Shown here piece after piece: positions 17,580 to 26,464 of a stretch of DNA of 32,000 nt. Made by a program: the position numbers and the translations under genes. Every line of letters begins with the position of its first letter. The stretch's first letter is position 1. Origin of the DNA: Candidatus Electronema halotolerans (GTDB lineage: Bacteria > Desulfobacterota > Desulfobulbia > Desulfobulbales > Desulfobulbaceae); the NCBI GenBank assembly GCA_942493095.1, contig OW818675.1, forward strand, positions 2,910,001-2,942,000, in the 5' to 3' direction. The notes beneath the pieces are model-generated. The model saw only the letters and a list, made by a program, of their open reading frames with translations. It was not told the DNA's origin and did no database searches.

Positions 17580-19592
17580 ATGATGAACAGAATGCGACAA
17601 AGAGCAGTCTTTCTCTCCCTGTTTTTACTGCTTGGCAGCTTCACAGCGGCTTGGGCAAAAAACAACAACATAGAATTTTTAGACAAAAAGCTGCTCAAGG
17701 AGCTGAACCACAGCATTTATGAAGTGGTCACGCCAAAGCTGGAAAGCAGCAAAATTCAATATGACCGGCCCCTTCCTTATGATCAGCTCAGTTTCAAAGA
17801 GCGGAATGAGAAGTACAACAGCATCGGCACTGCCTTTTTCATCAATGACAAGGAGCTGATGACAGCAGAGCATGTCTTTGGTCTGACCAGTTTTTCCCTG
17901 CATAAGGATTTTTTCATCAGGGATGCGCAGGGCAAGGTCTATCCGATTGCCACTATCCGCAAGTATTCAACCGTGCGGGATATGGCGATCTTTGATTTGC
18001 AGGAATATCCAGAAGATGCGGTGCCGCTCACATTCAGCCGTCATCTGGAGGTGGGCGACACGGTTTTTTCCGCAGGCAATGCCTTGGGCGAGGGCATTTC
18101 CTACCGGGCCGGACAGGTCGCCTCATTCACGGATGAGGAAGAATACGGCAAATGGAAGAACATCCGCTTTTCCTCGCCTGCCTCGCCCGGCAACAGCGGC
18201 GGCCCGCTCCTGAATCTGCAAGGTGAGGTGGTCGGGGTGATCGTCCGCAAGACCCAAGGGGAAAACTATAATATTGCCGTGCCGATCAGTGAGGCGGACA
18301 ATCTGACTGACAAGGCTGAATTTCATTTCCGCAATGTCACGGTCGAGATTGACGGCACCAATGAGACTGTTGTCAGGGACTGGTCTTTCAGTCTGCCGCT
18401 GCCTGCGCCTGTGGCCGAGGTGGCGGAAAAGGCCCAGAACAATCTTGATGCCTTTTACAAGCAGCTCTCTGATGAACTGACTGAGCAGGTCAAAGAGAAC
18501 AACTTTCCGCTGGGCAAGCGGTTCCGCGCCTATCTGCGCAACCAGCCTGTCATTCAGGGCATTGCCTCGCTGGTGCCGGATGTTGACTTTAAAAAGTGGA
18601 GCGCGCCGAGCTACACGCTGAAAAAAATTCCGCTTTCCGCAGAGCAGAATGTCTATCGCGGCGGCTCGCCCCACTTTGATTTGCAGGCGGTGATTGAAAA
18701 AACACCGGACATGCCGCTCAAGACCTTTCTCAGCTCGCCCAAAACAGTGCTGGACACCCTGCTGAAGGCCGTACCCTATTACCGATATTTTGGCTCGGAA
18801 AAAATCCGCATCATCAGCTTGGGCGAGCCTGAGCGAACCGAGGTCTGGCAGGACAAGCTGGGCCGCAAATGGACTTCCTCGCTTTGGTACAGTGATCATA
18901 ATGATTACTTTGTCACCAGCCACTGTCTGCCGCATCCCAAAGGCGCGCTCTGCATCTTTGACGACAACTACACCGCTGCTCTGAAAATAAATTATTTCAA
19001 ACGAATCAAGGAAGGCTGCGATGAAATCACGGTCGGTTATGATGGCGATTTGACAAGCTGGGCAGAATATCTTGCCTTGGGTGATGAGCAGCTGCCCGCA
19101 TTTTTCAAGAAGGCCAAGATTGAGCAGCAGGGAGATCATCTCAAGCTGCGGCTGCAGGATTTTCAGTTTGATTTCACCAATCCGAAAATCACCAGCAAAT
19201 CTGACCTCCATCTGCATCTTGGCTATGCCAATGACAAACGGCTGGCTGAGGATTTGGTGCTCTTGGAACTGTTTCCGCAAAAAGGCAGTCCGGCCCATTA
19301 TCAAATTCGCCCTTGGTGGCAGCCGAGTCCGTTCAGTCAGGACAGCTACAGCCCGGACTGGGAAGAAATGATGCGGTCTGAAGGCGAGTATTCAGGCAAG
19401 GTGATTGACAAGGGCGAGCTGCGCATCATTCAGAAGACCGCGCCGCAGACCAAAAAAACTGTCACCGCCTTTGACGGCGAGAAAATCGACAAGGTCTTCA
19501 CAGTCGGCTGTGTCTATAAAACCGCAATCAAAGGCAAGGAAGACATGGAAGAGGACTGCGCCCGCTTCTTCCAGAGCATTGAGTTCTTCTGA
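17580..19592 (+). CDS. Exported trypsin-like serine peptidase with a large uncharacterised C-terminal region
   Basis: Signal peptide (AVFLSLFLLLGSFTAAWA); TAEHVFG (His), RDMAIFDL (Asp) and SPASPGNSGGPLLN (Ser) catalytic motifs. Confidence 0.85.
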   Translation: MMNRMRQRAVFLSLFLLLGSFTAAWAKNNNIEFLDKKLLKELNHSIYEVVTPKLESSKIQYDRPLPYDQLSFKERNEKYNSIGTAFFINDKELMTAEHVFGLTSFSLHKDFFIRDAQGKVYPIATIRKYSTVRDMAIFDLQEYPEDAVPLTFSRHLEVGDTVFSAGNALGEGISYRAGQVASFTDEEEYGKWKNIRFSSPASPGNSGGPLLNLQGEVVGVIVRKTQGENYNIAVPISEADNLTDKAEFHFRNVTVEIDGTNETVVRDWSFSLPLPAPVAEVAEKAQNNLDAFYKQLSDELTEQVKENNFPLGKRFRAYLRNQPVIQGIASLVPDVDFKKWSAPSYTLKKIPLSAEQNVYRGGSPHFDLQAVIEKTPDMPLKTFLSSPKTVLDTLLKAVPYYRYFGSEKIRIISLGEPERTEVWQDKLGRKWTSSLWYSDHNDYFVTSHCLPHPKGALCIFDDNYTAALKINYFKRIKEGCDEITVGYDGDLTSWAEYLALGDEQLPAFFKKAKIEQQGDHLKLRLQDFQFDFTNPKITSKSDLHLHLGYANDKRLAEDLVLLELFPQKGSPAHYQIRPWWQPSPFSQDSYSPDWEEMMRSEGEYSGKVIDKGELRIIQKTAPQTKKTVTAFDGEKIDKVFTVGCVYKTAIKGKEDMEEDCARFFQSIEFF

Positions 19593-19601
19593 AGCACTTT
19601 A

Positions 19602-20618
19602 ATGTCCGGTCTTTTTGTCATCCCCGTCTTCATCCATCACGAGGGCTGCCCGCACCGCTGCCTGTTCTGCAACCAGCACCGGATCAGCGGCTGGAAGGGC
19701 AGCCCAGTCAGCACGGCAGAGGTGCGGCAGGAAATTCAGACGTGGTTGGACAGGCGCAAAAACAGCCAGGCTGCGGTGCAGGTCGCCTTTTACGGCGGCA
19801 GCTTCACAGCCCTGCCCTGCGACCGGCAACAGGAGCTGCTGCAAGCTGCGGCACCTTTTCTGGAGACAGGTCAGGTGCAGTCGCTCCGGCTTTCCACTCG
19901 GCCTGACTGCATGGATGCGGAACAGGCCGATTTTCTCAAGGCGCACCGGGTCGCAACGGTCGAGCTGGGTGCGCAGTCGATGAATGACGTAGTGCTGACA
20001 GCAGCCCGGCGCGGCCACACCGCCGCTGCCACAGAGCAGGCGATGGTCGTGCTGAAGCAGGCCGGATTAGAGACTGGCATTCAGCTCCTGCTCGGTCTGC
20101 CGGGCGACAGCCGGACTTCCCTGCGCCGCACCGTGGAGCAGGTCATTGCTCTGCGGCCTGATTTTGTCCGTTTGTATCCCCTCTTAGTGCTGCGCGGCAG
20201 CGGGCTGGCCGAGCTGCACCGGCAGGGCCAGCACCAGCCGCTCAGTCTTGCCAAGGCAGTGCTGCTTGCCGCTTTTATGAAAGAACGTTTTGAGCACGCT
20301 GGCATCCGAACTGTGCGCATGGGCCTGCAAGCCGGGCCGGAGCTGGAAGACTCCCTCTTGGCCGGGCCGTGGCATCCAGCCTTTGGCGAATTAGTCAAAT
20401 CCCGGCTCATGCTCAAGCAGACAAGAAAGCTGCTCGCCCAAGCCAAGAGCGGCCAGCGCATCAGCCTGCGCATCAGCAGCCGGGATCAGTCCGTGTTTCG
20501 CGGCCTGAAATCAGCCAATCTTGAGCGGCTTTGCCAGCTTGGCCTCTGGCGGGACGCAGTTCTCACTGCCGACCCGGAGCAGCCGCGTGGAACCGTGCGG
20601 CTGCTGCCCTGCCCCTGA
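19602..20618 (+). CDS. Radical SAM protein (ELP3-like, anaerobic-type)
   Basis: HHEGCPHRCLFCNQH cluster motif CxxxCxxC; FYGGSFTALP; QSMNDVVLTAARRGHTA and LLLGLPGDS motifs. Confidence 0.9.
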   Translation: MSGLFVIPVFIHHEGCPHRCLFCNQHRISGWKGSPVSTAEVRQEIQTWLDRRKNSQAAVQVAFYGGSFTALPCDRQQELLQAAAPFLETGQVQSLRLSTRPDCMDAEQADFLKAHRVATVELGAQSMNDVVLTAARRGHTAAATEQAMVVLKQAGLETGIQLLLGLPGDSRTSLRRTVEQVIALRPDFVRLYPLLVLRGSGLAELHRQGQHQPLSLAKAVLLAAFMKERFEHAGIRTVRMGLQAGPELEDSLLAGPWHPAFGELVKSRLMLKQTRKLLAQAKSGQRISLRISSRDQSVFRGLKSANLERLCQLGLWRDAVLTADPEQPRGTVRLLPCP

Positions 20619-20845
20619 GCACCAACGAGCCTTTCTCTCGTTTTATTTCGGCATACCTGCTTTTTTCCTTGACTGCCTGCGTAGTTTGTAGTTAATCAGT
20701 AGCCATTTATTGAGGCGGAAGGGTCTCCATGTTCCCCTTGGATGTATTTGGGAGCCTCTGCACCTGTGAGCTGATGAAACTGAAAAGACTGCCTTTTTAA
20801 GGCATAAGATAAGATTAGTTTGAAGCACAAAACAAGGAGGCCGTT

Positions 20846-21154
20846 ATGGCTGAAAAACGAATGAAGAGCATGAGCACGCACAAAGGGCAGGATGAGGTGA
20901 TTGCCGACAAGCGGGTCTTTCTCAAGCGGGCTGCAGCTGCGCTGGGTGTGGTGGCAGCTGCCGGTTTGACTGGAGCAGCAATCACAAAATCTGCCGGAAA
21001 AGTCGGCAAGGCGAACGCCCGTGCTCGCTGCGCTGAGGAGAATTTGCGGCAGCAGCAGATCATGGCTGGCAAAAAACTGGTCATCATGAGCCAGGAAGAG
21101 AAGCAGCAGATGCTTGACCGCATCCTGCGCCACCATTACCGGACAGTGTCTTGA
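20846..21154 (+). CDS. Small Tat-signal-like protein upstream of the redox module
   Basis: DKRVFLKRAAAALGVVAAAGLTGAAI signal-like region and a C-terminal IMSQEEKQQMLDRILRHHY motif echoed in the next gene. Confidence 0.65.
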   Translation: MAEKRMKSMSTHKGQDEVIADKRVFLKRAAAALGVVAAAGLTGAAITKSAGKVGKANARARCAEENLRQQQIMAGKKLVIMSQEEKQQMLDRILRHHYRTVS

Positions 21155-21192
21155 AGATATTTCTATTCCATATATAGCGGAGGCAACACACG

Positions 21193-22227
21193 ATGTCGGA
21201 GGAGAAAAAGAAAGAGCTGGTTGAAGAGCAGGACGACGGAACGGGGAAAGAATCCCGCCGTGATTTCCTGAAAAAAGTGGGTGTTGCAGCCGCTGCAACA
21301 GCCGCTGTCCCAGCAGCCACGGCCAAGGCGGCGGGCATAGCCGAAGCATTGCAGACGCATTTTCGCTTGATGAGTGATGAGGAGAAGAAGGAGGCCATTG
21401 CCCGCTTGGAAAAACGCTACAGCGAGCAGTATGACAAGCAGGTCACAGTGGCCAACACGCCTGCCCCGGATGGAGTGCTGTTTGGCTATGCGCTCAATAT
21501 TTCCAAATGCATCGGCTGCCGCCGCTGCGTTGAGGCCTGCGTCAGGGAAAACAATCAGTCCCGTGATCCCGCAATCGAGTGGATTCGGGTCTTGCGGATG
21601 GAGCGGGGCAACGACACGTTTGAATTGGAAAATTTGAACGACGGCTATCCCGACAGCAGTCCTTTGGGAGACTACGGCATCCAATCCGGCGGCCATGCCG
21701 ACAAAGCTGTTGGCATTTCCGGTGATGTTGAGCATTACTATGACCCGGAGCTGGTCCCGGAAAGCAATTTCTTTTATTTTCCGGTGCAGTGCCAGCAATG
21801 TGAAGACCCGCCCTGTGTCAAGGCCTGTCCGGTTCGGGCGACTTTCAGGGATGAAAATGGCATCGTGGTTATTGATTACAACTGGTGCATCGGCTGCCGG
21901 ATGTGCCAATTGGCCTGTCCGTATTGGGCGCGCCACTTCAACTGGGGCGAACCAGTGCTGCCAAATGAGGAGATGAATCCCAAGACCCATTATTTGGGGA
22001 ATCGTCCTCGCATGCGCGGAGTCATGGAAAAATGCATCTTCTGTTTGCAGAGGGTGAGAGAGGGACGTTATCCGGCCTGCGTGGAAGCCTGTCCTGTGGG
22101 GGCAAGAAAATTCGGCAATCTGCTTGATCCTGAAAGCGAAGTGAGAAAGGTTTTGGCTACCAAGAAGGTGTTCCGATTCAAGGAGGATTATAACACCGAT
22201 CCAAAATTCTTCTATTTCATGGATTAG
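21193..22227 (+). CDS. Tat-exported ferredoxin-like iron-sulfur subunit (DsrO/HmcB/NrfC-like)
   Basis: SRRDFLKKVGVAAAATAAV Tat motif; CIGCRRCVEAC, CQQCEDPPCVKACP, CIGCRMCQLACP and CIFCLQRV...CVEACP clusters, consistent with four [4Fe-4S]. Confidence 0.88.
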   Translation: MSEEKKKELVEEQDDGTGKESRRDFLKKVGVAAAATAAVPAATAKAAGIAEALQTHFRLMSDEEKKEAIARLEKRYSEQYDKQVTVANTPAPDGVLFGYALNISKCIGCRRCVEACVRENNQSRDPAIEWIRVLRMERGNDTFELENLNDGYPDSSPLGDYGIQSGGHADKAVGISGDVEHYYDPELVPESNFFYFPVQCQQCEDPPCVKACPVRATFRDENGIVVIDYNWCIGCRMCQLACPYWARHFNWGEPVLPNEEMNPKTHYLGNRPRMRGVMEKCIFCLQRVREGRYPACVEACPVGARKFGNLLDPESEVRKVLATKKVFRFKEDYNTDPKFFYFMD

Positions 22228-22240
22228 AGAGGTATTGATC

Positions 22241-23509
22241 ATGACTATGAAACAGCAAATAGCTTCCGCTTCCCAAAAGCCGAGAGCTTTCGCCAGTGAA
22301 TTTTTCAGCTATGCCATCAAAGGAGGAAACCTCTACTATGGCTGGCTGCTCTTTCTTTCCTTTTTTGTCCTTGTGGGGCTGTACACCACCTACGTACAGA
22401 TGACCAAGGGCCTCATCGTCACCGGGGCCACAGACCAGATCATCTGGGAGCTGTTCATCTCCAACTTCATCTTCACCGCCCACATTGCGGCGGCGGCAGT
22501 GCTGGTGGTGATTCCCGCTTATATCTATAAGCGCGAAGACATGAAGCATTTGGCCGTTCTTGGCGAGATCATCGCCCTGACCTTCGTCATTATCGGCCTC
22601 AACTTCATCATGTATCACCTGGGTCGGCCAGACCGGTTCTGGCATGCGCTTCCTGGATTGGGCATCTTCAACTTTCCCAATTCAATGCTCACCTATGACA
22701 TCATAGTGCTGAACACATACCTGGCCATCAACTTGGTGGCGGTTTTCTATCTGTTGTACAAGCGCTATCTTGGTCAGCCGCTGAACACCATGTTTTACAC
22801 CCCGTTGATCTACTTGGCCGTGGTTTGGGGGCCGCTGATTCATATCGTCACCGCCTTCATCCTCAGCAGCAATGCGCCAATCTCGGCCTGGCATACGGCG
22901 GTGCTTCCCTTTGCCTTTTTATCCATGGCAGGCGCATCAGGAGCAGCTTTGGTCATCATCCTGTTCCTCCTGATTCGCAAATACAGCAAACTGCATATTG
23001 CCGACTCGGTTATTGACTTCTTTTCGCAGGTCATTGTCTGGAGTCTGGGGATCATCATTCTGGTCTTTGCCTCTGAGTTTTTTACGGAGCTGTATCCAGG
23101 CACCCATCATGCCGCGTCCCTGAAGTACATGATGTTTGGTCATCACGGTCTGGATGCTTATGTCCCGTGGTTTTGGCTGACTATGGCCCTGATCGTGCTT
23201 CCGTTCCTCCTGATGCTCAACAGCAAAATACGGAAAAGCTACAACAGTTTCCTGCCAGCGATCTGTTTTGTGGTCTTCATGACCATCCTGATGGAAAAAC
23301 CGGCAGTCTTGGTCTTTCCGGCCTTCAGTCCGACCTCATTGGGTGAATATGCCGTGTATCATCCAACCTTTGTTGAAATCTTCAACGTCCTGTTCATCTG
23401 GGCAGTCGGCTTTCTTATCCTGACTTTGCTCACCAAGGGTGCTCTTGGCGTGTTGACCGGTGAAGTGCGGAATACCAAAACAGTGGAAGCAAGTGGAGAT
23501 GCGAAATGA
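22241..23509 (+). CDS. NrfD/PsrC-like integral membrane subunit (start could be the ORF-track ATG at 22235 or in-frame ATG at 22241)
   Basis: About 9-10 hydrophobic helices with GWLLFLSFFVLVGLYTTYVQMTKG, IIGLNFIMYHLGRPDRFWH and FPNSMLTYDIIVLNTYLAIN, typical of NrfD/DsrP. Confidence 0.85.
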   Translation: MTMKQQIASASQKPRAFASEFFSYAIKGGNLYYGWLLFLSFFVLVGLYTTYVQMTKGLIVTGATDQIIWELFISNFIFTAHIAAAAVLVVIPAYIYKREDMKHLAVLGEIIALTFVIIGLNFIMYHLGRPDRFWHALPGLGIFNFPNSMLTYDIIVLNTYLAINLVAVFYLLYKRYLGQPLNTMFYTPLIYLAVVWGPLIHIVTAFILSSNAPISAWHTAVLPFAFLSMAGASGAALVIILFLLIRKYSKLHIADSVIDFFSQVIVWSLGIIILVFASEFFTELYPGTHHAASLKYMMFGHHGLDAYVPWFWLTMALIVLPFLLMLNSKIRKSYNSFLPAICFVVFMTILMEKPAVLVFPAFSPTSLGEYAVYHPTFVEIFNVLFIWAVGFLILTLLTKGALGVLTGEVRNTKTVEASGDAK

Positions 23510-24336
23510 TTTCAGGGAGCAAATACGTGAGAGCAGCGGTTTTCTCCGGTCTTCTTGTCTTAGTGATCGGCGGCTTGGCACTCCAAAAGATGCCTGGCGA
23601 GGCTGCTGCGCAAGACAAGGCCGGGGCCGGGCAAGATAAGGCCAATGCAGCACCGGATGAGTGCTACGAGAGCATCAAAGATGCCACCAATCTTGCAAGG
23701 GTGGATAATGCGGTCCCCAAGTACGGTTATCCCAATGTGAAGTGTTCCCCCACCACCGGGGCAGTCCTCTGGTACGGTGATCCTTACTATGGCACTGAAC
23801 CTATTGGAGAAATGCCGCACTTCAACGACCGGACCGATGGCGACTTTGCCCAAGCGGTCATCAGGCCCCGTGCGAAGAGCTTGAAAACTCCCATGCAGTG
23901 CAGCGGCTGTCATCCTGGTGCGGATCCGGCTACGCAGAAAAATGATCCCCGCCAGATCATGAATCACCAAGATATTGTCAGCGATGCCAGCAAGCTGCAG
24001 CATGGCCGGGGAGCCATCTGGTGCTTTGACTGCCATAATGCTGCCAATCGTGACACCCTTGTTGACCGTCGCGGGCAAGAGGTCAGCTTTAATGAGTCCT
24101 ACAAGGTCTGCGGCAGCTGTCACGGTGACACCTACAGCAATTGGCGCATGGGCATCCACGGCAAGCGTATTGGCTCATGGAAAGTGGGAGGAAAAAAACG
24201 GTGGTGGACCTGCACGGAATGCCACAATCCCCACACTGTTCAGGAGCATCGCTTTCAGCCGCTTAAACCTGAACCGCCACCAGCCCTGCCCCGTGGCATG
24301 ACCAAGGAAGACTTCAAGGCTGCCGAGGGTCACTGA
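23506..24336 (+). CDS. Membrane-anchored or exported tetraheme cytochrome c
   Basis: N-terminal hydrophobic segment; four CxxCH motifs: CSGCH, CFDCH, CGSCH, CTECH. ATGA overlap with the NrfD-like gene. Confidence 0.88.
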   Translation: MISGSKYVRAAVFSGLLVLVIGGLALQKMPGEAAAQDKAGAGQDKANAAPDECYESIKDATNLARVDNAVPKYGYPNVKCSPTTGAVLWYGDPYYGTEPIGEMPHFNDRTDGDFAQAVIRPRAKSLKTPMQCSGCHPGADPATQKNDPRQIMNHQDIVSDASKLQHGRGAIWCFDCHNAANRDTLVDRRGQEVSFNESYKVCGSCHGDTYSNWRMGIHGKRIGSWKVGGKKRWWTCTECHNPHTVQEHRFQPLKPEPPPALPRGMTKEDFKAAEGH

Positions 24337-24366
24337 TCCGCAGCCATTCAGGGTGACGATTTTCAA

Positions 24367-24396
24367 GGTCGGAGACAGGAGTCTCCGGCCTTTTTT
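24367..24396 (+). terminator. Rho-independent terminator of the redox module operon
   Basis: GGTCGGAGAC-AGGA-GTCTCCGGCC hairpin followed by TTTTTT. Confidence 0.85.
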
Positions 24397-24551
24397 GTTG
24401 TTCGTTGCGACATCGATGCTGTTCTGTGAACAGCAACTGTTGCGCTGTCTGGCAGGTGGAGGGAACTTGTTCAGAAAACGCAAACCAGCATACATCGGGC
24501 ATGGAAGCGCAGCAGGGGACAACAAACTTGGCAGAAAATTTTCTTTTCCTC

Positions 24552-24580
24552 TTGACAGGCAGGCTAAAGTCAAATATAAT
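24552..24580 (+). promoter_or_regulatory. Consensus sigma70 promoter for tRNA-Lys
   Basis: Perfect TTGACA, 17-nt spacer, perfect TATAAT; ends 14 nt before the tRNA 5' end. Confidence 0.85.
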
Positions 24581-24594
24581 TGACTCTCCTTGAA

Positions 24595-24670
24595 GGGTCG
24601 TTAACTCAGCCGGTAGAGTATCTGCCTTTTAAGCAGAGAGTCGCGCGTTCGAATCGCGCACGACCCACCA
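24595..24670 (+). tRNA. tRNA-Lys (UUU)
   Basis: GGGTCGTTAACTCAGCCGGTAGAGTATCTGCCTTTTAAGCAGAGAGTCGCGCGTTCGAATCGCGCACGACCCACCA; cloverleaf, anticodon TTT, encoded CCA. Confidence 0.97.
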
Positions 24671-24683
24671 TTGTGCATTACTG

Positions 24684-24758
24684 GTCCCCATCGTCTAGTC
24701 AGGTCCAGGACATCGGCCTTTCACGCCGACAACACCGGTTCAAATCCGGTTGGGGACG
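24684..24758 (+). tRNA. tRNA-Glu (UUC)
   Basis: GTCCCCATCGTCTAGTCAGGTCCAGGACATCGGCCTTTCACGCCGACAACACCGGTTCAAATCCGGTTGGGGACG; anticodon TTC. Confidence 0.95.
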
Positions 24759-24770
24759 CAAGAAATAATA

Positions 24771-24799
24771 AGGGGTCAGCTTATCAAGCTGACCCCTTT
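24771..24799. terminator. Bidirectional hairpin terminator between tRNA-Glu and the CRISPR array
   Basis: AGGGGTCAGCTTATCAAGCTGACCCCTTTC; near-perfect palindrome with a T-rich flank on the plus side and TTATTATTT on the minus side. Confidence 0.7.
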
Positions 24800-25162
24800 C
24801 TTCGTTTCTGGAGGGCGTTTGAAGACCTTGGCCGCTGTTTCTCTCAAGCCGGTGAAAACGCCTTTCGGCATCAAAGATAGAATCACGGATGGCGTTTTTT
24901 CAGATGTCGCCTTCCTCTCTACGTGCTCAACGCCTTTCGGCATCAAAGATAGAATCACACCCAAGGCCCGGAAAATTCGGCAAGCTGCTTGGAGTGCTCA
25001 ACGCCTTTCGGCATCAAAGATAGAATCACGGACAATCGTCATTCCTGAAGATGGTTCCGGCGGGTGCTCAACGCCTTTCGGCATCAAAGATAGAATCACA
25101 CGGCCCGCAGATCGGCCTGTCCTCCAAGTTTGTGTGCTCAACGCCTTTCGGCATCAAAGATA

Positions 25163-25288
25163 TAGCGGTTACACGCCGAATGGTGATCACCCTGATATAT
25201 TGATGCTTAATTTAACTTGTTGAATTTATACATACAAAACTTTTGACAAAGCAAAGATATTTGATAGCCGTTCAACCCATAACCGCTA
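25163..25288 (+). mobile_element. 126-bp MITE-like element, copy 1, inserted in CRISPR repeat 5
   Basis: TAGCGGTTACACGCC...CCCATAACCGCTA; 9-bp perfect TIR TAGCGGTTA; flanked by a duplicated TA; removing element plus one TA restores the exact repeat. Confidence 0.92.
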
Positions 25289-25720
25289 TAGAATCACAAC
25301 ACTTGGCCAAGAAGATACATAAAACCGTCATGTGCTCAACGCCTTTCGGCATCAAAGATAGAATCACAAGATCATGACCGCAGACCGCAAAACAGTCCAA
25401 ACGTGCTCAACGCCTTTCGGCATCAAAGATAGAATCACCGACCACAGGCACGAGAACATGCAGCCAACGATCTATTGCTCAACGCCTTTCGGCATCAAAG
25501 ATAGAATCACTTGTTCTTCCGCCGACAATAGCAACGATCAGCATGATTGCTCAACGCCTTTCGGCATCAAAGATAGAATCACGTACAATCGGCTTGCCAA
25601 AGGCAGGCGGTTAATGCAGGGTGCTCAACGCCTTTCGGCATCAAAGATAGAATCACAGGAGCCTTGAAATCAATATGCTCCAATTGAAAATGTGCTCAAC
25701 GCCTTTCGGCATCAAAGATA

Positions 25721-25846
25721 TAGCGGTTATGGGTTGAACGGCTATCAAATATCTTTGCTTTGTCAAAAGTTTTGTATGTATAAATTCAACAAGTTAAATT
25801 AAGCATCAATATATCAGGGTGATCACCATTCGGCGTGTAACCGCTA
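25721..25846 (-). mobile_element. 126-bp MITE-like element, copy 2 (exact reverse complement of copy 1), inserted in CRISPR repeat 11
   Basis: TAGCGGTTATGGGTTG...CGGCGTGTAACCGCTA; identical to copy 1 after reverse complementing; TA duplication; same position in the repeat. Confidence 0.92.
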
Positions 25847-26464
25847 TAGAATCACGAGCAGTTGCTTTGGATTCAGTGGGGTCAATGGGTGGTGCTCAAC
25901 GCCTTTCGGCATCAAAGATAGAATCACGGGGCAAAGAAAAAAATCTTCGATGCTTCCATGAAAGTGCTCAACGCCTTTCGGCATCAAAGATAGAATCACA
26001 TCCTCAACAGCGCGGAGATGCTGTCGAGGTAGTGTGCTCAACGCCTTTCGGCATCAAAGATAGAATCACTCACGCTCTGACTCAACCTGCGCGTACATCC
26101 TCATAGTGCTCAACGCCTTTCGGCATCAAAGATAGAATCACGCCTTTCGCTGGCGATCACTGAGCCAAGAATAGGGGTGCTCAACGCCTTTCGGCATCAA
26201 AGATAGAATCACGTAATCTTGTAGCCTGCTCCGGCATGGTTATCAAGTGCTCAACGCCTTTCGGCATCAAAGATAGAATCACAGTACTCCCTGTTTTGCT
26301 GACATCTGCTCCAGTGAGTGCTCAACGCCTTTCGGCATCAAAGATAGAATCACTACCACAAACTCTTTCAGGTACTCAGCACAGCAAAGTGCTCAACGCC
26401 TTTCGGCATCAAAGATAGAATCACGCGCCCTTGTCTGTGGTAGGTTACGCCTACGCTGTGTGCT

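Noticed and set aside
18123-19304. 393-aa minus-strand ORF opposite the serine peptidase
   Set aside because: Antisense shadow ORF without recognisable domains; the plus strand has signal peptide and catalytic triad.
21163-22242. 359-aa minus-strand ORF opposite the ferredoxin-like gene
   Set aside because: Antisense shadow; the plus-strand product has four complete FeS cluster motifs.
25163-25846. Segment between the two inverted MITEs as a composite transposon
   Set aside because: Both outer flanks and the interior are continuous CRISPR repeats/spacers in one orientation. Each MITE has its own TA duplication, so two separate insertions explain it better.
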